NCBI RefSeq assembly: GCF_032191835.1 | Contig: NC_083231.1 | Location: 91,512,001-91,576,000, forward strand | Direction: 5' to 3' | DNA: 64,000 nucleotides | From: Heteronotia binoei | Taxonomy: Eukaryota | Shown here: positions 36,131 to 48,489 of the stretch, in pieces | Layout: each line of letters begins with the position of its first letter | Position numbering within the stretch: position 1 is the stretch's first letter | Notes under the pieces: model-generated | The model's database searches: none | What the model was told of the DNA's origin: nothing | The model's input: the letters and a program-made list of their open reading frames with translations, nothing else | Made by a program: the position numbers and the translations under genes

Positions 36131-38286
36131 CTTGTCTCAATCAAATGGATTCCAGTCTCTAGGCACACTGCAGCACAGCTGACATAGTTGGGGACCCCTA
36201 AAATACGACGTAAAAATGCTGCCTGAATTTGCTCAAGTTCTCTGTAGTCTGGAGATCAGCTGTAAATCTGTTAGATCTCTAGTCCTCACCTGTAGGTTGT
36301 CCAGTCTATGTCCATCTCTAGTTCATTTCTCTGAACTAAAAGCCACAAATTCCTTAGACTTTCCTCATAGGGGAGATGCTCCAAACCATTTTTCATTTTG
36401 CAATGTAATCCTAAAAAGAGTTGTGGAGAACACAGAATCTAATGTTACTAGAAACACAGGACTGCCTCTCAAAATGGCAGTCTTGCATCTAGTTCTCCTC
36501 CTTTGTAACATGCAATACTTTTTTCCTGAGTTTGGATACTGCAAAGAGGAGAACTTCTCCCTGGATATACAAAAATCATGCAAATCAATGAATATATATT
36601 CAAAAATTTAAAAACATGGATAGATATACTTGTCTGCATTTGGAAAAGTTAAAATTTCTATTGATCAATGCAATGTAATGATAGGATCTTTTTAAAACAT
36701 AGATGAGAATGGAAAGAATAAAAGATGCTACTGTTTAATAGTTAAAAGAATTCTGTTATACTGTTGCAAAACAGAAGAACTGAATCTTTCTGGAAATAGT
36801 TATGGAGCAGTTATAAATTAGTTTAATTTGCCTCTGGGACAAAACCAAAAACTTTTTTTAAAATGCCAAACATGATAATATAGACGTCAGCCTAGAAGCA
36901 TAAACCACCCGGTGCCCCAGGCATGGAGCCAACGAGAGCTTCACAAGGAGAGCAGTCTAGGCTTGTTGCCTATCTGTGTCTGCCTGCCTCATCACCTCCA
37001 CTATCGCACATCATCTCTGCCTCTACTCTATTTGCAGCAGCCAACACTCCTTCCTGCATCATTTGCTTAGCATCTTTAAATACAATACACCCACCTCTTG
37101 CCCAACAAATAGGTTTGCCGGTTGGAGAAAAAGAAATTGCTACTGGGTTCTGCACATTGTACCTGGAAGTGACAATGGATAGTTCTAGGAATTGCTGGAA
37201 ACTCTGTGGTTTTATCATAAAACCTACCCAGTCCTAGACTTCTGATTCCTAGAGCTACCTACTGGCATTTCCAGGTTGTATCCAGAAGTGACATAGTGAT
37301 CTATGTCACTATGTCCCCCCCCCCCCCCCCGCCCGCCCCAATGTCCTGCCAGGCTCAGCCTGGCAACCCTACAAACAAGGCATCCCACATGAGAATCGTA
37401 CAGTTCAAGAAGCCCCGCTTGATGGAAATGCATGACAAAGGAAGGAGAAAGTGAGGTGTGGTTGCTCTGCTGCAGAGGGCAAAAGAGAGCAGAATAAGGC
37501 TGCCCCGTCCCCAGATCTGCCGTCCAAGGCCATCACCTAGCTTTCTTCATTAATGAGCTGGCCATGTAGGCAGCCCACCCAACATGAGGCTGAAATGACT
37601 GACTGCTCCAGCTTTCTTGGACTTTTTCTTAGGCTTTGCATTAGCTGCATGATCTTATCCAGCACGTTCAGGGGCTGATTACTGCTTCAAAAGAGAAGAA
37701 ATTTGTCACTGGCTTTGACTCAGCGTGCAACTGGGTGCGAAATGGCAGACTCTTCTACAAAGAGCTTTTGAAAAAGAGGCAGGTTGCGGCCTCCGATTCT
37801 GCACTCCAAGACTGGGATTAGGATAATAAAGACCCCTCACTAGGTTATATACAATTGCCTGTTATTTCTGGGCTAGTTTCAAAATGCTCACAATTGTCAT
37901 GAGGCTGTTTAACAAAGCAGAGCTGTAGCTCAGACTTCCTGGTCAATTTACAAGGAGCTCTTGAAGGAGACCCACTTAACTGCCTTGTTTCATACTGAGA
38001 ATTTTCTCCAGCACTCAACAGAAATTATGCCCCCCCCCCAATTGTTAGAATTTTTAAAGGCACATACAGTTCCTTACTTTCTATAAAGGTTACTGGTTAC
38101 TTAGGACTGATGTACCCAACCTTGCCAGGTAATGCAGTTACGTTGCTTTGAGTGCATTTGCTAAATCAGGTTGAGGACTTTTCTTGGTTGTTTTCCTTGT
38201 ACTTTTTATCTTCATCTATGGCAGGGGTCCCCAACCTATATGAGCCTGTGGGCACTTTTGGGATTTTGATTCAGGGTGGTGGGCAC

Positions 38287-41200
38287 TGGGTGTGTGCAAA
38301 AAAAAAATTGGAATTAATCGGATTTGGAAATATACTGGAGATATACGACTATTTCTGAATATATGGCCCCATTATACCCTATAGGCCATTGGAATCAATG
38401 GCAAAATAGGGTATATTGGAAGTCACCTGGAGAGAAGGAGGTTTGAGGGAGTGCCCTCAAATTTGCAAGGGACCTGCAGGGGACTCTCCCCTATGAAACC
38501 CCCAAGTCCCAAAAAGATTGGGCCAGAGGTTCCCATTCCAGGGGCACCCAAAGAGGGTGCCCCTATCTCACCATTATACCCTATGGGCCATTGAACTCAA
38601 TGGAAACATAGGGCATAATCAGAGGCTACTGGGGGGCAGGGGGTTTGAGGTAGAGCCCCCCAAAATACAGGAAACCCGCAGGAGACTCTCCCCTACAAAA
38701 CCCCCAAGTCCCAAAAAGATTGGGCCAGGGGGTCCCTCTCTTTGGGCTCCCCAAAAGGCCCATTGCCACCAATGCTGGGGAAAGCCCAATTAGCCACTTC
38801 CTCCACTATAATTGCTGTGAGGAAAGTGGCTCTGGCCAGAAGGGGGTTTGAGGGAAAGGCCCCAAAACTGCAGGGCAGCTTCAGGGGACTCCCCCTCATG
38901 CAACCCCTCTGGCCCAAAAAGGCTGCACACATCTGTGGGCACCCCAAAAGGAACACTGTTCTCAATGGTGAGAAAAAAAACAATTAAAGCCACTTCCCCA
39001 ACTGTAATTATTGTGGGAAAAGTGGCTCTGGGGAACAGGGGGTTTTGAGGAGAGCCCCCCAAATTGCTGTGCAGCTTCAGGGCACTGTCCCACACAAAAC
39101 CCACAAGGCCAAAAAAAAAAAAAATTGGACCAGGGGGTCCAATTCCTGGGACACCCAAAGCCAAACCTAACTTCACATCAGAGAATCTCTATAGGATCCA
39201 AATGCACTACATCCATCTATCTACTCTATGAACCCTGCTGGCCTGGAACCAATATAAAACCAGTTGCCAACTTCACTGCCACACAAAACACAATCTGCTA
39301 TAGCAAACCCAGATGCCAGCTCTCCAGCCCTGCCCCAAACAACGCAGGGAGAGCTGGCCAAGCACAACAGGCATGCTGGTTCTGGGTCTCTCACCCAATG
39401 CCAGCTTCCCTGCCACAGAACACACAATCTACAGATGCCAGCTCTCCAGCCCTGCTCCAAACAACACAACTCTCAAACAAGAGAAGCGGTGGGCCACACC
39501 TAGCTCCACATCATTCTGTATCTGACACAAAGCAAGAAGCATTTAGACTTACCTTGAGTGATGGATGGTTGGGTGGTCCAGGCTCTTTTGTGTTACCCAG
39601 GGTGCACCATGAGGAGGTGAGCCAGAGTTGCATCCCAAATGAGGAAGATCACTGGGAGGGCCTCATATTGTGTGAGAGGAAGGGAACCATTCTTTCTCTC
39701 TCAGCTCAGCAGCAACACACCAACTATCACTGTCCCATTAGAGGGACCTCAGCATTGGTATGGCTGCTGGTTGCCTGTCATCATCACTGGCACCTCCCTC
39801 TTCCTTCCTCTTGCCCCTAAAAAAAACCTGGGTTATCCTGGTTGGGCCTGTGGGTGCTGTTGGTTACAGTTGGGGGCTGCAATGGCCCTTTCAGTATTAT
39901 TAGGCATGTATGGATGGGGACTGGGGAAATTGGGATTGCTTTTCAGATTTTAAATCAGCATTCACTTTTGGTTTGGGGATGGATGAGGGATGGGGGGGGG
40001 CGGGGTGCACTGCCAGTCAATTTGTGAGTGAGTTTTTGGGCTGTCTTTGAACTCTAGTCTTTGTTTAGTGGGAGAGCGTTTTACAACCACCTTCCAAGCG
40101 CAGACCAAGAGAGGATGCAGACACAAGTAGGTGCTCACATCATTCACTCTCAAAGTCTATGTTTGGAGAGCCGAACAGAGGCAAGTTGACCTTCAGGAAG
40201 ACCAACTGCTCAACTGTCCAGGGTTGCAGGTGATTGCAATGTGGACAGACAATGTCGCCCATATGCGAAACGACGTGCTCACTCTGCACACTCGTTGGTG
40301 GGCATGAGAGGAACGCCTTGGCTACAAAGGAGAGGGCCGGCCAGACTGCCTCCTTTGCGACCCAGTAGTCATTTCCTGTGACTTGTTGGGCTCCAAAAGA
40401 TAGTACCTCACCATCGCAGCACCCGTCTCCACTCTCAGGGGCCTACCATTCCCAGAGAGACCAATGAACCACCCGATGAATGCCATCGTGGCACTCTTCT
40501 TGGCATGAGTCTGGTGGGAAACATTGGCTAGCTGGGGAGGTTGGGAATGACCAGCAGTGGAAGTGGCAGATGAGCTGTTTCCACCCCCTCAGCTACCAGC
40601 ACTGGGCCTGCCCTGACTCTGCAGTGCTCAACCTTCTGGGAGAGCTTGTCTCGCCAGCAATTGAGCTCGTTGGCCCGCTCATCGATTATGCCCTTAAGGT
40701 GCGGGTCTAACATGGTTGCCATCATGTAGACCTTATCCTGGGTGAAAGTCTGAAAGTGGGCCTCATGCCCTTCCTGCAGCCTAATAACCAGGGTGCGTAC
40801 CACTGGAAAAACGCCTGCATGTCCTTGAGCTGGCACTAGAAACGAGGCCACGTCCTCATGGGCCATGTGGACCATGGGGACATCCAGTGCGATGCTCCCC
40901 GTATCACACGAGAGCATTTCTGTGTGGGTTTTGAAGGGCCCAAGAACCTTCACAGTCTGAGATATGACCACCCAATCCTCTTGGGTGAAACGGTTCTCAT
41001 CCTGAAAGACCTTCATCTCAGAGACAAAGGCATCCAGGGCTTCTCTCTGCTCCACCATGTGCTCCAGCATGGCACAGGTGGAGTTCCAGCGTGTGCTGAT
41101 GTCACCGACCAGGCGGTGCCCTGGCACATCTGCCAGTGTTTGTTTCTCATGCAGCAGATACGAGTCCGTATTGCTGTGTGAGAAGTGACCTGTGATGTGC

Positions 41201-41403
41201 CGACACTTCTGGAGCAGAAGTTGGTACTCATGGGTCGCGGCTAGATACTGACGATCCTGGCTTTTTGTCTGGCCCAATGCTTCCTTAACCATGAGATGGA
41301 GAAGGTGGGCCACGCAAGGAAGGCGTTTTAGGCCCTGACGCTGGATAGCCACCTTGATGTTGGAACCACCATAGGTCACCACGAAGCCTGTGGTGATGTC
41401 CAA
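38287..41403 (-). mobile_element. Truncated hAT DNA transposon: transposase C-terminal part plus a long repetitive 3' subterminal region
   Basis: Transposase remnants at 40140-41403; four degenerate ~180-bp units at 38370-39150; probable terminus near 38287 inside a CAGGGGTCCCC MITE (boundary approximate). Confidence 0.8.
40140..41403 (-). pseudogene. hAT (Ac/ZBED-like) transposase fragment with C-terminal dimerisation domain, frameshifted
   Basis: CVAHLLHL, HFSHS, DISTRWNST and ATMLDPHLK in ORF 40528-41403. A second frame reads DYWVAKEAVWPALSFVAKAFLSCPPTSVQSEHVVS...VEQLVFLKVNLP...ESE*, with the stop at 40140-40142. Confidence 0.92.
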
Positions 41404-42299
41404 ATTGAAGTGTGTACAATACTTTTGAAAGAAAATCTAAACTCATTTTATTGTATTGACAGCATAAAATGCACCATTAGTTGGTATAGAAAAGTATATG
41501 ATTTGAGTATTTTCTGCAATTTAGATGTATACACACCTTACAGTGGAATCTTAAGCAACGTTTTCCTTTTCTAAGTCCACTGAAGACAATGGGCTTAGAA
41601 GGGTGCAACACACTTTACAACTGCACTGTTCATTTTCTACAAGTAAGATCGTAATTACATCAATAGTTTAGAGAGAGAGAAAGAGAGAGAGAGAATTGTA
41701 CCTCATGGTACCTTAGTTAGAACATATATTTAAGTTAAGAAAAAAAATGAAATGAAGATAGAAAATAAATTTCAAGCCATGCAAAGCAAAACAAGCAGTA
41801 TTATTTAGACAAAAAACATTCAAAAATGCACTTGGGGTTTCACTATGAGGATAACAATACATTTCACATGTCTACTGAAGGCAACCTTAGCTCCCAAAGC
41901 CAAGGCACACAAAAGCAATGTCGTCTTGGTCTAGCTTAATTTTTAAGGTGTCACAAGCCTCTCTCTTGTTTAAAATAGATTTCTGGGACCTTTAGTGTGC
42001 CAAATATACTCTAATTTTATGTCTTATGTAACTTTCTGTGCTTGGGTGTAGAAGTAACTGCAGTGAGTGTACATGTTTCTATAATAACGTGAAAATCATA
42101 AATATATCAAGCTATACATTTTTCTTTGCTAATTGCATTACATGTAATATTTTGCCATGGGCTGGTAAGAAAAAAATTACATACATTTAAAGTGTTCATA
42201 ACATCTCCCATTTCCTCCCTTGGAAATAAAGTCCTTCTCCCCCGTTCCCACTCCCACACGGTTTTGGTATTTTGGAAACTTCATAGTATTGATCTAAAC

Positions 42300-42830
42300 T
42301 AGGGTTGCCAATCCCCAGGTGGGGGCAGGGGATCCCCCGATCTGGAGGACCTCCCCCCACTTCAGGGTCATCTGAAAGCAGGGGGAGGGGAGGGAAATGT
42401 CTGCTGGGAACTCTGTTATTCCCTATGGAGATTTATTCCCATAGAAAATCATGGAGAATTGATCCGTGGGTATCTGGGGCTCTGGGGGGGGCTGTTTTTT
42501 GGGGTAGAGGCACCACATTTTCAGTATAGCATCTAGTGCCTCTTTCCAAAATATCCCCCAAGTTTCAAAAAGATTGGACCAGGGGGTCCAATTCTATGAG
42601 CCCCAGAAGAAGGTGCCCCTATCCTTCATTATTTCCTATGGAAGGAAGGAATTAAAAATGTGTGCCATCCCTTTAAATTTGATGGCCAGAAATCCCTTTG
42701 GAGTTCAATTATGCTTGTCACAGCCTTGATCTTGGCTCCACCCCTAATGTCTCCTGGCTCCATCCCCAAAGTCTCCTGGCACCACCCCCAAAGTCCCCAG
42801 ATATTTCTTGAATTGGATTTGGCAACCCTA
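42300..42830. mobile_element. Full-length long TAGGGTTGCC hAT-type MITE (531 bp)
   Basis: TIRs tagggttgcca / tggcaacccta; perfect 8-bp TSD atctaaac (42292-42299, 42831-42838). Confidence 0.95.
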
Positions 42831-43212
42831 ATCTAAACTAGGCCTGTATAACTTGTCTGCTACAGATTTCCTGCCATGCAACGGGGGCAGGTTCTCAAAT
42901 ATAGGGGGCTGCTGAGAATGTGACTTTTTCTCTTTTTTTGCCTACATATCTTTGAAAACAAGCCCATTGCTAAAGCAGGACAGAAACTGCATGCTTAAAT
43001 AATGGGATAAATAAACCTATGGGTTTAATTAGTGTATACCTATTACATTTTAATCCAAGGAACAGCATAAACATTTCTCCTCTCTTCCATCCAACCTAGG
43101 TTGCCAGGTCTGGGTTGAAAAATACCTGTAGACTTTGAGGGGTGGATCCGGGAGAGGGTGGGGTTTGGGAAGGGGATGGGCCACAGCATGATACACTGCC
43201 ATAGAATCCATC

Positions 43213-43757
43213 TGTCATGAGCCCTGATGAGAGGGAGCTGGAAGGGTTAACAGACCTGGAAGAGTTGCCAGCCAGTTCCTCAGTTGAACAAACAGCAGCT
43301 GGCCCATCAATCACTCTCCAGGCACCAGTGTCAGCTGTTGCTGATCAATCTCCTTCAAGCTCTCCTCCTCTCATCTCAAGAGTTTGAAGCAGACTCCAGA
43401 AAGAACTTTCAGAGCGAAGACATGAGGCACATTGATGCTTCAGATCTCTCAGCCCTGAGTTCTAGCAGAGTCACTGCCACCCAGGGAACAGGCTGATTGA
43501 GGCTTCTATATAGCTCCCACCCAGGACCTGGTAACCTTGTGGAAGCAACAAGTCTATTCTCTGGCTTGCATCCACGCTCCTTCCTGATTCCTGACCTGCT
43601 TGATTTCCTTGGCACTCTGACCTTTTGGCTTTTGGACATTGACTTCTGATTCCGGTTTGTGATTCTGCATTGGTGACTTGGTTTATGCTTGACTTCCTGG
43701 ACTTTGACCTTGGACTGACTTTGGACTTCTGCCTGCCTGCACCCTGAGAACGTGACA
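43213..43757 (+). mobile_element. Solo LTR (Gypsy-like)
   Basis: Ends TGTCA...TGACA; 5-bp TSD ccatc (43208-43212, 43758-43762); TATA-like ctatatag at ~43507. Confidence 0.85.
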
Positions 43758-43790
43758 CCATCCTTCAAAGCAGCCATTTTCTCCAGGGGA

Positions 43791-45108
43791 TGATAAACAC
43801 AACTGGAACCAGTGTACTCAATGGATAATAAAAGGAAATCACTGGAAACAATGTAACTTTTACAAAACAGTGTACAAATATATTTAGTGAAAACTGAATT
43901 GAACAAAAAGAACAGAACACTGAGTGTACAGTATGAATAATGTCCCCACAAAGTCTTTCCACAGCCTGAAAGTTGGCTTCTTCTGATAGGCACAGGGGTA
44001 GGCAAAATCCTTTGAACTCAGCGTTCAACTCCAATTGTCACGGAGAAAGTAAGGAGGAACCGCTTATTGCAGGACTCCTTGCAATTTCAACAGAATATAC
44101 TTCATCAGCCTCCTTCTCTCGACGTTATATGGAGCCTTAACTAAATGTTTTTTACACATGGATTAATGCATGCTCTTCTACAGGTGCTGCCGGCTCTCCT
44201 TCATCAACCTCCTTCCCTTGATGTTATACGGAGCTGTTAATAACACAACATAAATATACAATTTGGAAAATAACAAAAAACCATTCTTTCTTACAAGAGG
44301 GCTGACGATGCAAACTCACCCCTAACTAAATGTTCTTTACACATGGATTAACGCATGCTCTTCTACAGGTGCTGCCGGCTCTCGCCGTTCACATGCTGAA
44401 TCACTCATTAAATTGCCAAGAGGTACGTGTGCTTAAAGGGGCCCAGTTCCAATTAGGAATGATAAATAAAACTGGTTTTACAAATGTCTCTGTTATCTCT
44501 GAGTTCTTTCAACCGAATGGTATATATCATTCACAAACTATCATGTACATTTACTGGACATAGCCTGCTCAACCTTTCAAAATGCTACAAGAATACATAG
44601 ATATAAATACAGATACAGATAAAAAGATGTTTACAAACATTTGACTTGTCTATTTGCTGGCTGTCATTTATAGAAAAAGTGAAAAGTCTATTGCTAAATT
44701 CATATTTCTAGGTGCCATGGATTGCAACCTATAAATCCACAGGCAGCACCTGTAGAAGAGCATGAGTTAATCCATGTGTAAAGAACATTTAGTTAAGGCT
44801 CCATATAACGTCGAGAGAAGGAGGCTGATGAAGTATATTCTGTCGAAATTGCAAGGAGTCCTGCAATAAGCGGTTCCTCCTTACTTTCTCCATGCCAATT
44901 GGAGTTGAACGCTGAGTTCAAAGGATTTTGCCCACCCCTGTGTCTATCAGAAGAAGCCAACTTTCAGGCTATGGAAAGACTTTGTGGAGACATTATTCAT
45001 ACTGTATACTCAGTGTTCTGTTCTTTTTGTTCAATTCAGTTTGCACTAAATATATTTGTAAACTGTTTTGTGAAAGTTACATTGTTTCTGGTGATTTCCT
45101 TTTATTAT
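43791..45108. mobile_element. Second PLE family: heavily 5'-truncated copy (-) with an inverted partial terminal repeat (+)
   Basis: 44668-44739 (-) reads WIYRLQSMAPRNMNLAIDFSLFL*, similar to the Neptune ORF end WIHTLKTM...LDWSVFL*. Arms 43791-44190 and 44742-45108 are reverse complements. ~17-bp TSD ccattttctcca(g/t)ggga. Confidence 0.85.
44813..44890 (+). ncRNA. Atypical type I hammerhead-like fold (mirror copy 44043-44120, minus strand)
   Basis: CTGATGA (44825-44831), GAAA (44845-44848), closed stem III TTGCA-AGG-agt-CC-TGCAA then TA, and stem I aaggagg/cctcctt separated from the cleavage triplet by 7 nt. Confidence 0.5.
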
Positions 45109-46184
45109 CCATTTTCTCCATGGGAGCTGATCTCTGCCAGGTGGAGATCAGTTGTAAAAGCAGGAGATTTCCAGACTCCACCTGGAGGCTGGCAATCCTA
45201 ATCCAACCTTAAAACAACTCTATCAGTTAGGTTAGGCTGAAAGAGAATGAGAGTCCAGGATCACCCAATAAGCTTTATGGCAGAGTGTAGATTCTGAGCC
45301 CAAATGGAGTCTGGTAACCTGAGCTTGTAGTCATTCATTCATTCATATTTCTATCCCGCCCTCTCTGCTAGTATTTCTCCATACTAGCTTTGTAACCCCT
45401 TAGTATCCTACCTGGGGTTGCCAGGCCTCCTGCCACTGGTTCTGGTAGCTTGCTGCTGTTCAGAGTGGCAGCAGGAGAAGAAAAAAAGTACCGTGGCACT
45501 GTGACAGTTGTTAGCTCTAGGAAGCTCCAGAAACTCTGTAGTAAAATAGGTGATTCTGTTCCTTTCAACATTTGTTGTCTTGAATGGTTCGATAGTGGAG
45601 CCCCTGATTTGCAGGCAAAAGTTCCCAGATGGGGAGGGGGAGCAGCACACAATGTAGCAATATCATTTCCAGGTGAAGATCCAGAAGAGATGTCACCATG
45701 CGGTACTGGGAAAAACCTAGGCTTGCCAGTTGCTTGCCAATGATGGTTAAACTCCCACCTGCACTTTGCAGCTCCCCATGCTCTCTCAATGGGAGTGGTG
45801 AAGGGGAAATGGAGGGAGGATAACATCACACAAATTAGTGTTCTTTACTTATTAGTCATTACTCTATAGCTTTACCATAGAAATTGGGTGGAATTTCTAG
45901 AGTGCCATGTACATCTTTTCTGGATCTTCACCTGGAAGTGATATTGCTGTGCTGTGCCCTCTTCCCCCATCCTCTAAACTGCTGGGATTGTAAGCCACAG
46001 GCCTGGCAACTCTAGAAAGACCATGAAATTCTGTAGAGCTGTTACCTGGCAAAATAGATAACTGTGGGCAAGATAGACCCATGGTGAAATCTTGAGCAGA
46101 GTTTCACCTTTCTAAGCCCATTGACTTCAGTGGACTAGAATTTTGTACTCATCTCATGTCTCAAAGATAGTCAGGCGAGACTGA

Positions 46185-46470
46185 GACTGATTCCACAACA
46201 GCTGTCACTCTGCCCTCGGGCGTCTGCTTTTCTCGGCTCAACTGATCAGTTCCCCACCAGTCACTGCGTGGCTATATTTTGACCTGCATCTCCTTCCAAT
46301 TTCCCCTGTGTCTTCTTGATCTTGTTTTTTAGATATCAGGAAGATGTGGGGGAAAGTGGAGGGAGACATGAGTCAAAATGCAGCTGTGCAGCAACTGGTG
46401 GGAAATTGATCAGTTGAACTGTAGAAAGCAGAAGCACGAGGGCAGAACAACTGCTATTGTGGAGTCAGTC
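46185..46470. mobile_element. Palindromic Harbinger-like MITE
   Basis: TIRs gactgattccac / gtggagtcagtc; 3-bp TSD tga on both sides; imperfect internal palindrome. Confidence 0.75.
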
Positions 46471-46974
46471 TGAAAGTTCACAAACACCAGTCTATATAAC
46501 TAGAGTGCACCAGGATCTTGATGCCTCTGAGTCTATGGCCTTTTGTGACTGAGGAATATGAGGTGCTGCACAAAATTTGCCGAGTAAGTATAATATAACC
46601 TTATGATGATGCTTGCTGCTTTGATGTGTGCCATTTCCCACATTTGAAGACAAAATAAACTGTATACATTGAATAAAAACAGTTATGTTAGGTTCAGAAG
46701 TGATTGCCTACTATCAGTGAGCACCTTTTAAATAAATAAGCGTGCTGCCACATTCAGAGTCACAGTCACTAAAGTGGTTGTATGCCTTTGATCATTTAAA
46801 TTTTATAAATGATAAGAGAACTTGAGGGGAGGAAATCACCCTGTGTCAAACGAAAACATGGCTGAACAAAGATTGGCAAGTCAGATGGGTCTTAGAACAC
46901 TACTGTGTAAGGGAGCTGGTAGTTTGAGGACTTTTCCCAGGATTGCAGGAACTTGGTTTTAGAACTGCATGGCC

Positions 46975-47620
46975 CAGGCTAGCACAATCTCATTTGATGT
47001 CAGAAGTTGGGTTGCCAATCCCCAGTTGGGGGCAGGGGATCTCCTGGTTTGGAGGCCCTCCTTATGCTTAAGAGGGTTATCAGAAGCAGGGTGGGGGTTT
47101 GAATGTCCACGCCATTATACACTAGGGAGACCAGTCCCCATAGAGTATAATGGAGAATTCATCCATGGCTATCTGGGGCTCTGAGGGGGGGGGGCTGTTT
47201 TTTGAGGTAGAGGCAGCAAATTTTCAGCATAGCACCTGGTGCCTCTCCTAAAAAACCCCCCATGTTTCAAAAAGATTAGACCAGAAGGTCCAATTCTATG
47301 AGCCCCAAAAGAAGGTGCCTCCAACATTTTGAATGAAGGGAAGGCATTTAAAAGGAGTGCAGTTCTCTTAAATGTGATGGCCAGAACCCCCTTCAGAGTT
47401 CAATTGTACTTGTCACAACTTTGATCCTAGATCCACCCCCAAAGTCCCCAGATATTTCCTGAGTCAGACCTGGCAACTCTAGTTAGGCCTGGCTAATACG
47501 TGGATGGGAGACTGCCAGAGAAGTTTAGGGTTGCTAAATATAGTCAGGCAATGGCAAACCATGTCTGAACATGTCTTGCTTTGAAAACCCTACAGAGTCA
47601 CCATAATTTGGTTGTGACTT
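46975..47620 (+). mobile_element. 5S-rRNA-derived SINE with BovB-like tail, interrupted by a long MITE (47008-47481)
   Basis: aggcctggctaatacgtggatgggagac resembles the 5S internal promoter region; the tail ggcaatggcaaacca...gaaaaccctac is shared with the Sauria SINE. Confidence 0.7.
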
Positions 47621-47626
47621 CTTTCA

Positions 47627-47696
47627 CTCACTCACTCACTCACTCACTCACTCACTCACTCACTCAGAGAGAGAGAGATAGGAAGAGAGAGAGAGT
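47627..47696. repeat. (TCAC)n followed by (GA)n microsatellite
   Basis: Direct reading of the sequence. Confidence 0.9.
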
Positions 47697-48489
47697 GTTT
47701 CAGAACTGTCTTGGAGATGGCTATTCAAGAATTTTATGTTGCCCTCCATATTGAAGTTGTTTTAAGTCATTCCTCATTCTGGCATGGAACATACTGGTTC
47801 ATCTCATTCCTTTCTAGTGATAAGTGGAGATGTGTTGTAGGCAATCAATTTTAAAAGTTTTCCGGTGACAGTGCCTCTGGTAGCCCTACAGAATTCAATG
47901 TTTCATAGTGAGGTAAAAGATGAGGCAATGTTAAATGAAGGAAATCTAGATACAAATTCTTTCAATGCCAATGACTCAAAAGGTATGCCAAAGGTATGCC
48001 AAGCCAGATAAAAATTTGAATCTTTATAATTGGCTGCGTGGTGTGCTGTCAGCCATTTTGTATCATATGATTATTGATCTTTGTGGCAACATCTATGAAT
48101 AAAAGAATAGCACACTCCCCTCACTATTAGAGGGGAGCTGCTAGGTCAATGGAAAAGCAATTATGCCAGGGGGGTCATGTGTTGCCTTGTCTCCTATGTT
48201 AAAAGAATACATAAGAATTCTTCAGTGTCTGATTTTATTACTAAAACATCAGCAAGTCCTGAGGTTTCTTAACTATATGGTTTTGCAAACTAATGCATGT
48301 TGGGGTATAGAGCCCCTGACTAATTTCCAAATAACTGGCTTGCTGCCAAAGCTTTGACTCACTATTTTGAAGCAATAAAAATATTCAGTCTCCCTTCATC
48401 TCCTTTTCACTGTCACCTCTTCAGTGGCCTTCATGTGCGTGTGCACAAGCATAGCCACCTTCAAGAGGGGTTTAGATAAAAATATGGAG

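Larger units (their letters stand above)
43097..45200. mobile_element. Short TAGGGTTGCC MITE split by two insertions (pieces 43097-43212, 43763-43790, 45109-45200)
   Basis: Perfect 8-bp TSD atccaacc (43089-43096, 45201-45208); the pieces are collinear with 14304-14513. Confidence 0.9.

Noticed and set aside
38370-39150. CRISPR-like repeat-spacer array
   Set aside because: The units are long, degenerate and homologous along their length, with no unique spacers, in a eukaryotic transposon context.
39011-39820. 269-aa ORF
   Set aside because: It runs through the hAT subterminal repeats on the non-coding side, with no domain-like sequence.
41880-41975. Another PLE hammerhead relic
   Set aside because: It resembles the PLE tail, but the CUGANGA core and GAAA are lost and no TSD is visible.
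43409-44005. 198-aa minus-strand ORF
   Set aside because: It crosses solo LTR, MITE and PLE boundaries; its low complexity comes from the pyrimidine-rich LTR.
47480-47520. 5S rRNA gene
   Set aside because: Only a degenerate partial match fused to a BovB-like tail, so it is a 5S-derived SINE.
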